64,000 bases of DNA, taken from the IMG/VR virus record IMGVR_UViG_3300032782_000001, positions 1-64,000 of that record. The stretch is one strand, 5' to 3'. The translations under genes and the position numbers were made by a program. Under the pieces are notes generated by a model. The model was not told the origin of the DNA. It was given only the letters and a program-made list of their open reading frames with translations, and searched no databases. Of this stretch, positions 17,017-25,891 are shown in pieces (the stretch's first letter is position 1; every line of letters begins with the position of its first letter).

Positions 17017-17472
17017 TTATTCCTTCCGGATGCTCTGGATCATCTCCTTGGCATGCCGGTCGGCGTAGTTCGCGATGTGTCGCTGAATGTTGTCGAGGTC
17101 CCGGAAAGCCCGGTCCACCCGAGTGGCCAGGAAATCCTTCGTGGACTCCTTGGACTTGAAATCGATCTGGAGATCCTTTTTGATCGCCTCCATTCGATTG
17201 AGCGCGTCGACCAACATCTTCAGGCGCGCGTTGCAAACCTCATCGACCTTGGCGACCTGGCCGTTGAGCTCATCGATCCTCTCGGCCAACTTGATCACAT
17301 CGGGCTTCTGACGGGGTCGCTTGACGAGATACGCCCCGTGGAATCCGAACGGGCCCACGGAGGTCCGGTCGTCGACGAACTCCCATCCGTCAGACGTGTG
17401 CTTCTCGAGTTCGCTCCCGCGAACTTCCTTGAAAACGAAGCCTTCTCCGCTGGTCGCATTCGTGTCGGTCAT
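17017..17472 (-). CDS. coiled-coil hypothetical protein
   Basis: after cassette at 17475-17515. Confidence 0.8.
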   Translation of the reverse strand: MTDTNATSGEGFVFKEVRGSELEKHTSDGWEFVDDRTSVGPFGFHGAYLVKRPRQKPDVIKLAERIDELNGQVAKVDEVCNARLKMLVDALNRMEAIKKDLQIDFKSKESTKDFLATRVDRAFRDLDNIQRHIANYADRHAKEMIQSIRKE

Positions 17473-17529
17473 AACGCCTCCGACCTCCGATACGGCGCGA
17501 GCCGCCGAACTTGCGCCCGGCGGCTCGTA

Positions 17530-17644
17530 TTGAAGTGCAATAGTCTGGACCAGGTGATTGACTCCTGGATAGGAGCCGCGAAGATGGCCGAAATGGAGGT
17601 GACGACTTCTTCGAAGTCACCTGGTCCAGACTATTGCACTTCAA
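17530..17644. repeat. 28-bp inverted repeats flanking 59 nt
   Basis: TTGAAGTGCAATAGTCTGGACCAGGTGA / TCACCTGGTCCAGACTATTGCACTTCAA. Confidence 0.85.
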
Positions 17645-17797
17645 CCTGATGGAGTGGAAGCGGCACCCGATGCGCCAGACCCCGCCGAAAGGCGAGTTCC
17701 CCTGCCAGGGCGGACGGTTTCAGGGAATTCGGTGGCAGCCTCTTGTCCCTTTGTCGCCCCTTACTATGGTCTGCTATCAGGCGCCGCTTTCACTCCA

Positions 17798-18214
17798 CTA
17801 GGGCTTCCTCCACTTTCCCTCGTACTCATCCCAAACCGCAATTTGCGCGCGAGGTTCGCAGAACTTTGCCTCCCTCACCGTAGCAAAAAAGATAAGCGCT
17901 GCAAAATCATCTCCTTCAGGAGTCCAAGTTCCCGTGGCGACTGGGCCCAACTGCCTGAGGAGCTTGCCATCGGCAGAATACACCGAACCGCGCGCCATGA
18001 CTCTCGCTGAATCACAGTCAACAGGCGGCTCGGCTCGCACGGACTCGGGCCGGTCGGCGCGCGCCAAGGGCCGCGACGGGGCGAGGAAGGGCCGCGACGG
18101 GGCGAGGAAGGGCCGCGACGGGCCGACCGATGCGCGCTCCACACAGCCGATGAGCACTACGCCGATCACGACGAGTACAGCACTTCGACCAGATTGGCTC
18201 CACACCTGGGACAT
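17798..18214 (-). CDS. membrane-anchored protein with 21-bp tandem repeat
   Basis: hydrophobic N-terminus; (PSRPFLA)n repeat. Confidence 0.55.
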   Translation of the reverse strand: MSQVWSQSGRSAVLVVIGVVLIGCVERASVGPSRPFLAPSRPFLAPSRPLARADRPESVRAEPPVDCDSARVMARGSVYSADGKLLRQLGPVATGTWTPEGDDFAALIFFATVREAKFCEPRAQIAVWDEYEGKWRKP

Positions 18215-18465
18215 TTTCCTTCTTCCTCTACCTTCTCATCACAAAATTTCTCATGCCATCCACAGTGGAACCCCTGTGCGATCAGTATATGAACACAAGG
18301 ACCTGGCTCTTCTCGGAAGGCAGCACAATTGCATGCATACCCGAACGGGATTCCCAATCTCGGGTCTGTAGGAGTGATGAGTTGGACCTTATAGGTCCTC
18401 CCTTCATCCTCCACGTCCTGTGACCACTTGGTCCAAGTTTCACAGGCTTTAACCAGCTGCCTCAC
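18166..18465 (-). CDS. SWIM-type zinc-finger protein
   Basis: CNC...PCVH plus CPRC. Confidence 0.65.
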   Translation of the reverse strand: MRQLVKACETWTKWSQDVEDEGRTYKVQLITPTDPRLGIPFGYACNCAAFREEPGPCVHILIAQGFHCGWHEKFCDEKVEEEGKCPRCGANLVEVLYSS

Positions 18466-18514
18466 GTGAAAGTTTACATGGAATCTTGTAAAATTTACAA
18501 GATTTTACGCGTGT

Positions 18515-18814
18515 TCAGCGATATGGACTGTCGGCCTTCCTGTCGGGGAGTTCACGAATGGCTTGGACGACGAATCGATACTTGCCCTGGAAAATCAGGA
18601 TGGTCTGGTCATCTCCGTGCCACGTGAAATAAGTGAAATCCGTGTCCTTGTTCGCCCCGAGCTCCGCTCCCAGCTTGAAGAAGACAGCATCCCTTTTGCC
18701 GGCTCCAAGGTCTTGAGGTTGGATGACCCGGGTTGCTGCCTTGAAGAGCGCGTCGGCGTCCTTGGAGTATGCGATCTCTTCGAGGAAGGTGGAATATTCG
18801 AGCTTCGCATTCAT
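18515..18814 (-). CDS. hypothetical protein
   Basis: after degenerate cassette at 18822-18846. Confidence 0.7.
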   Translation of the reverse strand: MNAKLEYSTFLEEIAYSKDADALFKAATRVIQPQDLGAGKRDAVFFKLGAELGANKDTDFTYFTWHGDDQTILIFQGKYRFVVQAIRELPDRKADSPYR

Positions 18815-18822
18815 GGATCGGA

Positions 18823-19212
18823 CTACGCCGAGCGGCGGCGAATTTGATCCGTCTCTATCCAACTTTGTTCTGGCGTGCAACGAATCCACGAACGATAGAA
18901 TTCATCGCTTTCCACCAGGAGTTTATCTCCAGCACACTCAATTTCAATCAGACCGAGGAGCCCATAGAGACCTTCATGGATGCTCAGGAAGCCGCCTTTA
19001 GGCCTGGCTGCCAAGATTTCCGTGATGTGAGACACGGTTCCCGGTGCCAAAAACTTAATGACAGCCGGATTCTTCCAGGATCCTTCGATCTCTTTGCGAG
19101 AAAGGGGCCTCACCCGAATCCAAGAGTCACCTATCTCGGTGCGCTTTCTCCGGCGATTATGTTCCAGAACGAAATTTCCGACTTCTTCCGAGAAGTCCCA
19201 TTCTTCCTTCAT
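18823..19212 (-). CDS. hypothetical protein
   Basis: ORF track. Confidence 0.55.
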   Translation of the reverse strand: MKEEWDFSEEVGNFVLEHNRRRKRTEIGDSWIRVRPLSRKEIEGSWKNPAVIKFLAPGTVSHITEILAARPKGGFLSIHEGLYGLLGLIEIECAGDKLLVESDEFYRSWIRCTPEQSWIETDQIRRRSA

Positions 19213-19224
19213 AAGAAACGTTAC

Positions 19225-19428
19225 TCAGGACTCCATAGTATCTACGACGATTTCCAAGTTCCTGGCGATCTGTAGCGCTTCGCTGTCAGTGTCGCACCTG
19301 ACAACTACTTCACCTCCCCATGGTGAATCACTCATACTCTGGACCTTCATAGGAATGAACTGCGGCTTCCCAGATCCAGGTATCCTTACGACTGCGTAGA
19401 ATCCTACTTCTTGATCGGAATTTTTCAA
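19225..19428 (-). CDS. VMES-tag protein
   Basis: ends IVVDTMES. Confidence 0.75.
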   Translation of the reverse strand: MKNSDQEVGFYAVVRIPGSGKPQFIPMKVQSMSDSPWGGEVVVRCDTDSEALQIARNLEIVVDTMES

Positions 19429-19628
19429 GATTCCATGACCAAGAAGACCAAGAATTCTTCCTTGGTCATCTTTAGAGAGACGCTCTGACGATAAAGAGGA
19501 ATTCCCATCCCCTCATGTTCAGAACACCGGCTTTGAAAAGGGAACCCGGCAACGCCGCGGTAGAAGTGGGTCCCATCACGTCCGCATATGACGCATTGGC
19601 ACATTTCTTCATCAGTTAGTGTGCTCAT
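19425..19628 (-). CDS. VMES-tag protein, Zn-module type
   Basis: ends EEFLVFLVMES. Confidence 0.8.
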   Translation of the reverse strand: MSTLTDEEMCQCVICGRDGTHFYRGVAGFPFQSRCSEHEGMGIPLYRQSVSLKMTKEEFLVFLVMES

Positions 19629-20053
19629 GACTCCATGACTCCGCGCACCAGCTTTAGAGCTTTCCTCTTCTGCTTGATGGCTTTATCGTGCTTTTCGAAC
19701 CAATCGGTTCCCTTAATGATGAACCCGATTTCAGAATGCACTGCAGTCCAGAATTTCTCCCAGTCTACATGCCCATCCAACATTTTGTAGATATGGGCTG
19801 TGGCGCGATCTTCCAAGATATCTTCGAGAAACTTGTCTTTAGCCCAGGTTCCTTCCCCTACGAGGGTCAAGAACTCTTGGCCAATCGTGTGGGGGTTCTG
19901 ATTCAGGAACGCGCACGGATCGAGCGAAGGCAGTGTCTTGAGCACGAAATCTTTGGCCCAGAGAGCGAACCACCAGTCGATGAGACTGATGAAGACAGCT
20001 TCCGATCCGGAGATGATTCCCGAATGGATAGACCTCATTATTGCCTCCATCAT
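19625..20053 (-). CDS. VMES-tag protein
   Basis: ends LVRGVMES. Confidence 0.75.
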   Translation of the reverse strand: MMEAIMRSIHSGIISGSEAVFISLIDWWFALWAKDFVLKTLPSLDPCAFLNQNPHTIGQEFLTLVGEGTWAKDKFLEDILEDRATAHIYKMLDGHVDWEKFWTAVHSEIGFIIKGTDWFEKHDKAIKQKRKALKLVRGVMES

Positions 20054-20102
20054 CCAATACGCGCGACCGGACCAAACTTGCCCGGCGACGCCATATTGTC
20101 GC

Positions 20103-20291
20103 CTACGACTCCATGACCTCGTAGATGAGGCACATGGCGATGAACTCTTCTTGAGAAATGCGTAGATCCATCAAGTCAGGATCGTTATCGATTCGGTTCC
20201 CGAAACAGTCAGCACACCATGCAAACGGCTTCCCGTCGAAGACGAATTCTTCCGCTTCGCGGAGACATTGCCTACAAGGAATAGTGTTCAC
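20103..20291 (-). CDS. VMES-tag protein
   Basis: ends LIYEVMES. Confidence 0.8.
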   Translation of the reverse strand: MNTIPCRQCLREAEEFVFDGKPFAWCADCFGNRIDNDPDLMDLRISQEEFIAMCLIYEVMES

Positions 20292-20300
20292 GATTTCTAA

Positions 20301-20846
20301 TCAAGATTCGTGGACTTCACGCACGGGATCTTGCTTGTAGATGACCTCGGCCCACCCCTCACCGAGGTAGATCTGACCGTGACCGTCTTCTTCCGTTCCC
20401 TCGCAGAGGGGACACGGGAGGTGTTCGTCCGCGTCCTCACACCCCTCCCAAGAACAAGCAGTCTCGCCAGAACTTGTGAAGTGTGCCACGCGATACCACT
20501 TCCCGTCCTCGTCTTCGATGACTTCAGGTGGAAGACCCCAAGAGCAATCTTGGACGATGGTCCGATATGACACATCGTAGAAATCCGGATAATCCCGCTT
20601 GGCGAGATAATCCGGGATTCCTTCGAACCAGAAAATGTACTGAGCCTGTCCACTCACCGTGTGATTGTTCGGGTCTGACGGGGTGCTGGTCTCGATGACC
20701 ACCCAAGGCTCGTCTTCGAGCTCTCCGCCCGTCAGACCGAAGACTTGCTCCACCCGCTCACGCTCAATGGCTGCGTCTTGGGCCTGGCGCTTACGCTCCA
20801 GTTCCGCCTCGTGATCCTCCACAGCCTTCAAATCCAGCTGCTCCAT
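20301..20846 (-). CDS. VMES-tag protein
   Basis: cassette-led; ends VREVHES. Confidence 0.85.
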   Translation of the reverse strand: MEQLDLKAVEDHEAELERKRQAQDAAIERERVEQVFGLTGGELEDEPWVVIETSTPSDPNNHTVSGQAQYIFWFEGIPDYLAKRDYPDFYDVSYRTIVQDCSWGLPPEVIEDEDGKWYRVAHFTSSGETACSWEGCEDADEHLPCPLCEGTEEDGHGQIYLGEGWAEVIYKQDPVREVHES

Positions 20847-20888
20847 CGTCGTCACCTCCGCGATTGAATACGACGCCGACTGCTGAAT

Positions 20889-21170
20889 TTACGTCGCGAG
20901 CGCTCCGGCTGCCCAGTGGAGCGTATCTCGAAGCTTTTCGGCTTCCTCCTCGTCTTGCCTATTGTATCCCCACTTGTAAAGCTGACTGTCAATGGCCGCC
21001 GCGAGAGTACCAGCCTTGTCACCTGCTTCATCGAGAAGCTGCTGGAGCCCGGGGCCGGGCGGCAAGACCTCGCGATCCTGAAGCTCCTCCCAAGCCTTTT
21101 GGATGATCTCCTTGAGTTGTCCGTCCGAGAGACTTTCGTAATTGGGTTGACTGGCGTCCATATACTGCAC
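20889..21170 (-). CDS. hypothetical protein
   Basis: after cassette at 21167-21208. Confidence 0.75.
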   Translation of the reverse strand: MQYMDASQPNYESLSDGQLKEIIQKAWEELQDREVLPPGPGLQQLLDEAGDKAGTLAAAIDSQLYKWGYNRQDEEEAEKLRDTLHWAAGALAT

Positions 21171-21203
21171 CTCCGCGATCGAATACGACGCGGATGTGCG
21201 AAT

Positions 21204-21416
21204 TTACGCCGCTGCCGTGTCCAAGGTTGCAGCTTCTTCTTTTAGAAGCGATGCGGCTTTTTCTGCTATGGTGGCAAGTAAAAGCATTTGCTCGGACGAA
21301 ATTCTCTCAAACCCCTGATTCGAAATTTCGTCTATGTCCCGATCAGGTACTAGCTTCAATACATGACCGGCCAAAAGCATGATCCTGACAAGACACACTT
21401 TGGAATCAATGGTCAT
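21204..21416 (-). CDS. hypothetical protein
   Basis: SD GGAGG; ORF track. Confidence 0.6.
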   Translation of the reverse strand: MTIDSKVCLVRIMLLAGHVLKLVPDRDIDEISNQGFERISSEQMLLLATIAEKAASLLKEEAATLDTAAA

Positions 21417-21711
21417 GACTCCCCCTCCTAAATTACTTCAATATTCGCCATCATCGTCGAGGACGACTACCTCTCCGGGCCCCAATTTCTGATTCGGCGA
21501 GTATTGATTCACGGCGGGTTCGTGAACAATAGGTGACGAATCAGCGTCAACGGGGTCTGAGATTTCCGAATGTGTGGTCTCCATGAACTTACATCTCATT
21601 GAGAATTCACCAACGCCTTGCGCCGAGACTTAGGGAGAAGTATACTTTAGTAAAGGGACGAAACCACCGGCGGGAATCGGCATCCAATCAGACATCATCT
21701 GTAGGCAGACG

Positions 21712-22140
21712 ATGAAAGTTTCGCGGTCCGGAACGTACCAGATCCTGGAGGGCGTGCGTATGCGCCAGGAGATGAGAACGAAGCCGTCCGTGGAGGCCGG
21801 CATCAAGTCCGATTCCACGGACGGTCGAGCGCGTGTTGTCGACTACCAGCCGGGCAATGGTACGAGGTATGTCCTCGTTTTGACGAGCCTTTCAGGTCAT
21901 CCGAGCCAAGAGAAAGTTCTGACTCGAGAAGATCAGTGTGCTCTCGTCTGGGTTCAAAATTTCAAGCGTGGATGGATCGCTGGATTCGGCGGTACGAATC
22001 TCGTTCATTATTCTGACATCCAGAAGCATCTAGGTTGCTCCATCATGGATGCCGTCTCTTTGGCGGAAATTATTGGATTCCTTCTCAATCGACCGTGCGT
22101 TTCGGTAGATGATTTTCTCCGCGAAAAGAACGCCGTTTAG
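21712..22140 (+). CDS. hypothetical protein
   Basis: ORF track; start may be 21760 or 21772. Confidence 0.7.
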   Translation: MKVSRSGTYQILEGVRMRQEMRTKPSVEAGIKSDSTDGRARVVDYQPGNGTRYVLVLTSLSGHPSQEKVLTREDQCALVWVQNFKRGWIAGFGGTNLVHYSDIQKHLGCSIMDAVSLAEIIGFLLNRPCVSVDDFLREKNAV

Positions 22141-22142
22141 GG

Positions 22143-22169
22143 TGGCATACCCCGTTCTAATCCCTGCCA
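22143..22169. repeat. TGGCA-N17-TGCCA palindrome, copy 3
   Basis: TGGCATACCCCGTTCTAATCCCTGCCA. Confidence 0.7.
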
Positions 22170-22204
22170 GGGATTATGTAACCTGGTCCTAAGCTCCTTT
22201 TGAA

Positions 22205-22402
22205 ATGCTTAGGGCATGGCAGCTCAGACTGTTGCAATCACTTTCGGCACCACAGGACTCGGTCCGTATTGCAGGCCGTAAACATCGTTATGGGCTTAAC
22301 ATCCAAAGTGGAACAGAGTTTTATAAATATTTGAAACGAGAAAATTTCCCTGGAATCTTCCGGGTTCTTTGTTTTAATCATAACTGCGGCAAGCTTCACT
22401 AA
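22205..22402 (+). pseudogene. HNH-like endonuclease C-terminal remnant
   Basis: FYKYLKRENFP...RVLCFNHNCGK resembles phage HNH tails. Confidence 0.4.
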
Positions 22403-22425
22403 ACTCCTTTTGGGAATTTGGGTGT

Positions 22426-22830
22426 ATGGCCGCTCAAACGGTATCGATCTCGGTCGGATGTCAGTGGACGCCGCCTTTCGCGGTGCTCAACTCGGGCAAC
22501 AGCTCTTTCAACCTGAGCGCCCAGTACAACGCCCAAAATGTCGGGCAGATCGACATTCCTGGAGCAACGACTACGCCGACGGTCTTCCCGATTCCCTTTG
22601 GGACCGTGGCGAGTTGCAAGATGCTCATCATCAAGAACTGCATGTCGAGTGATATCGGCGTCCGATTCAATGGAGCAGTCGCAAATGAGTTCCAGGTGGC
22701 GCCTGGAGGTATGGTGATGGTTTCGATGCCGCAAGCACCTGTCACCAATCCTGTGACTTCAATTTCTGTCGTGACGACGTCCGTCCCCGGAGCGACCGAA
22801 TATGTCAGCTTCTGGGTTTTTGGCGACTGA
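22426..22830 (+). CDS. beta-rich protein, possibly virion-associated
   Basis: T/V/P/N-rich; no promoter cassette; CTAAACTCCTTTTG upstream. Confidence 0.7.
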   Translation: MAAQTVSISVGCQWTPPFAVLNSGNSSFNLSAQYNAQNVGQIDIPGATTTPTVFPIPFGTVASCKMLIIKNCMSSDIGVRFNGAVANEFQVAPGGMVMVSMPQAPVTNPVTSISVVTTSVPGATEYVSFWVFGD

Positions 22831-22844
22831 AGTAAAGTGGCAGA

Positions 22845-23090
22845 GTGAAAGATCCTGCCACTTGTAACCATTTCTTTGAATGGGAGTTCAACCCTCCTCC
22901 GAGGTCAACTCTCACGCGGAAGGAAATCCGCGACTTGGTTCGTTCGGAAGAGGCTTTGAAAGCCTATTGCGAAAAGGACGCTGCGGAGTTTAAAGCCCGG
23001 GGTCCAGCTGATCCGAAGGAATTCGGTCGGATTCTTTGCAGGTGGTGTCGGAAAGAACGTCAAGACTCCGATTTCCAACGGTTAGCGTAA
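22845..23090 (+). CDS. small Cys-containing protein
   Basis: CNH...CRWC. Confidence 0.6.
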   Translation: MKDPATCNHFFEWEFNPPPRSTLTRKEIRDLVRSEEALKAYCEKDAAEFKARGPADPKEFGRILCRWCRKERQDSDFQRLA

Positions 23091-23131
23091 ATTCGGCACT
23101 CCACCGCGTACTCGCGGTCCGGAGGTGACGA

Positions 23132-23731
23132 ATGTCACTTTCATGTGTGATAACTGTCAAAGGCCACGGACGAGATAAGCCTCAGCTGGGCTCGTTGAAG
23201 AACGACCAGACACGGGTTGTAAAGGACTTCATCAAGGGTGTCGATTCTTACTATCGGACCGTATTCAATCACGTCCAATCGTGCCCCAAATGCGACCCTC
23301 AAGAAGTCCTTGAGGCTTATCTCACGGATCGGAATCGTCCCAAGTTCGGCGGCCTGACTTCAGCGGGCTTGGCGAAACTTGCCCTGCGTTACGAGAAGAA
23401 TTTCGGCAACCGAGTGTCTCAAAAGACTGTGCGGGAATTCCTCTGGCGCGTCGGATCAGTTGACCGTTTGACAGAATTTGCATCCCGGCTCGAGCCAGAG
23501 GAAGTGGTCTCCGGCGTTTACCTCATGTTCCAGCGCTGGGTGAGTGAACCTAGCTCATTTAATGAGACTTGGGTTAACTCTTGTGTGGAGGCTTCCAAGA
23601 ATTTCCAGTGCCCCTACGCGCACATCTTCGAAAGTGTGTTCATTCTCAGGAAGAACGGGGTAACCGTGCTTCCACCCGAACGGGACGAGCTCATCAAGCT
23701 CGCGACCGTCGCTTTCGTCATGGACTGCTAG
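23132..23731 (+). CDS. VMES-tag protein
   Basis: cassette-led; ends VAFVMDC. Confidence 0.8.
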   Translation: MSLSCVITVKGHGRDKPQLGSLKNDQTRVVKDFIKGVDSYYRTVFNHVQSCPKCDPQEVLEAYLTDRNRPKFGGLTSAGLAKLALRYEKNFGNRVSQKTVREFLWRVGSVDRLTEFASRLEPEEVVSGVYLMFQRWVSEPSSFNETWVNSCVEASKNFQCPYAHIFESVFILRKNGVTVLPPERDELIKLATVAFVMDC

Positions 23732-24096
23732 TGGAGGGGGACTTCAGTCAGCTCTGACATCTGGAGACGCATCCGTTCTACGTGATCTGAAAATGCGAGG
23801 TAATCACCTCGAGAAGCTGCCCAGCAAGCAGCTTCTCCCCAAAAAGCGCATGCCTCAAGAGCGAGGCGCCAATGGCGAGATGCTCGAGGTGCTTCATGGA
23901 CACGAATCCTTTGAAGAATTCTACATGCTGCTGCGAGGGTCCGTCGACATTCTACGGGGCCAAGTGATCGAAGATGGCCACTCATTTCAGGGAGACCAGC
24001 CGCATCAGTCATACACGGCATGAGTTGACGGACAACCGAATCAGCTTCAGGCAAGAGCTCCATGCTTTGGGAAGCACGCGGGTACAAAGACTTCAT
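23728..24096 (-). CDS. hypothetical protein
   Basis: ORF track; convergent overlap. Confidence 0.5.
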   Translation of the reverse strand: MKSLYPRASQSMELLPEADSVVRQLMPCMTDAAGLPEMSGHLRSLGPVECRRTLAAACRILQRIRVHEAPRASRHWRLALEACAFWGEAACWAASRGDYLAFSDHVERMRLQMSELTEVPLH

Positions 24097-24174
24097 TCCA
24101 ACAAGTTACAACAGAGCCGCGAGCTCCGCAAATTCGACAGATCGGCACGTATGCAATTGTCAGGAGGTGCCGAC

Positions 24175-24801
24175 ATGTCGGACAACAAGAAGGGTTCGAG
24201 TTACGAGAGGATTTACCAAGCACTGCTGGACACGACGGAGGGCAAGGGGATCCAGGCGCGGGTGAAGCAGGCCATCGAGAACGTTCGGGTCACGGGCTAC
24301 CAGTTCAAGCTCAACAGCTCGGACGACGGACGGCCCGTCGCCGTGCCGCATTTCACGACGAACTGGGCGAAGGAACGGTCCTTCACGAAGAACAACATCT
24401 ACTGCAGCGTCTACGATCTCTTCACTACCGAAGAGTTCAATGCCATCGTGGAGGCCCACTTCGAGAAGGATGTGAAGACGTTCTTCTGCCGCAAGGACAC
24501 CGTGCTCAAGGGTTGCCGTGACGAGCGTGGCCGCAAGCACATCTCGTCGTTCGCTGCCTGGGCAGGGACTCAGATCGAAAATCTGACCGCCGACATCCGG
24601 GACGCAGCCGTCATCCGCCTCGAAAGTCAAGCTACGGAGCTTGCGTCCACCGCGGATTTCTTGCAGGACAGGCACAACGCGCTCCTGCGGTTCTGCCACG
24701 ACGAGGTGGTTCAGGTCATGTCGCGCTACGCGTTTCTCGGGACGGACGTCCTGAAGGGCGCACTCAAGGAGTTCTGCGTGGCAGATGTGATGGAGGCGTG
24801 A
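24175..24801 (+). CDS. VMES-tag protein
   Basis: cassette-led; ends EFCVADVMEA. Confidence 0.85.
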   Translation: MSDNKKGSSYERIYQALLDTTEGKGIQARVKQAIENVRVTGYQFKLNSSDDGRPVAVPHFTTNWAKERSFTKNNIYCSVYDLFTTEEFNAIVEAHFEKDVKTFFCRKDTVLKGCRDERGRKHISSFAAWAGTQIENLTADIRDAAVIRLESQATELASTADFLQDRHNALLRFCHDEVVQVMSRYAFLGTDVLKGALKEFCVADVMEA

Positions 24802-24802
24802 C

Positions 24803-25360
24803 ATGACACGGGAAGACGTCTTGATGAGTCTATCGGTCAAGGCTCTCCTGGCCGTCAACCCGAACTTGAGGAATTCTGACACCTGGAAGGAGGACGTACG
24901 CAAAACCATTCGGTACGTCCTCCAATGCCAGGTGTCAGGGTCCCATTTCAGCGACACTGTGCCTCCCCTCCCTGTTGTCGTGCTCAAGAGCGGCAAAGGA
25001 GACAAGAAGTGCCATGTCGTTCCAGGCTCGGCAGTGAAAGCCATTATCCACGGAGGCACATTCTTCGAACCGGTAGGCCCTATCCGTGATGCCTGTCTGG
25101 AGGCGCTGTATAAAGTCTTGGAACCGGACGGGAAACGTGTAGAAACGATGGTGGTGGAGGCCGCTCAAAAACTACTGAACGACCCGGTACGGGTTCAAAA
25201 GAAAAAGGACCAGATCGCCAGCCAGAGGGCCGCTTACAAGGCCAAAAAGACCGAGCAGCTCCGCGGCGCGTTTCGCGACTACTTGAAAGATGGATGGACG
25301 GAGGAGGAAATCCTCCGAATCCTGCATGAAGCACAAGTGGCGGAGGTCATGGATTCTTGA
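24803..25360 (+). CDS. VMES-tag protein
   Basis: ends AQVAEVMDS. Confidence 0.85.
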   Translation: MTREDVLMSLSVKALLAVNPNLRNSDTWKEDVRKTIRYVLQCQVSGSHFSDTVPPLPVVVLKSGKGDKKCHVVPGSAVKAIIHGGTFFEPVGPIRDACLEALYKVLEPDGKRVETMVVEAAQKLLNDPVRVQKKKDQIASQRAAYKAKKTEQLRGAFRDYLKDGWTEEEILRILHEAQVAEVMDS

Positions 25361-25414
25361 AGGACTTCTGGAGGCTCGTCCTCGCCATCGTCCGTTCGAA
25401 GGTGTCATGGAAGC

Positions 25415-25597
25415 ATGATTCATTGTTTTGAAGGCTGTGACAAACCAGTCATTGCTGGATATTCCGCTCAGGTTAACGATAGCCAGAGGCGCTTCCAATT
25501 TGTGTGTGAAGACCACGAAAAGCGATTCTTTCCGTGGGATGGTTGGATAAAACTGACCGATGAAGAGCTATTGGTTTACGAAGTCATGACATCATGA
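25415..25597 (+). CDS. VMES-tag protein, Zn-module type
   Basis: ends EELLVYEVMTS. Confidence 0.8.
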   Translation: MIHCFEGCDKPVIAGYSAQVNDSQRRFQFVCEDHEKRFFPWDGWIKLTDEELLVYEVMTS

Positions 25598-25794
25598 CCA
25601 CCGTTATTCATTGCGAATACATGGAACCCGGAAAGTGTAAGCGACAGGCTAGAGTCGCTTATTGGGTTCCTTCTAGCAATGAAGTCTGGTTCAGGTGTAA
25701 TCGACACAAGCTCCATGTTCGGACTACGGAGACTTTATGGGCACGAAAAATTCCAATTTCGGAAGGAATTGTTCTTTCTGTCATGGAGTCGTGA
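25594..25794 (+). CDS. VMES-tag protein, Zn-module type
   Basis: ends IVLSVMES. Confidence 0.8.
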   Translation: MTTVIHCEYMEPGKCKRQARVAYWVPSSNEVWFRCNRHKLHVRTTETLWARKIPISEGIVLSVMES

Positions 25795-25845
25795 TCGACT
25801 GTAAAGTGCTCGGCCCCAACTTCAAAAGCAGTGCGGCGCGCAGCC

Positions 25846-25887
25846 GCAAATTCGCCGCTGCTCCGCGTATCGGGCAGTGGAGGTGAC
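25846..25887 (+). promoter_or_regulatory. promoter/RBS cassette
   Basis: CGCAAATTC-N12-CGTAT-N8-GGAGGTGAC. Confidence 0.8.
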
Positions 25888-25891
25888 GCGA

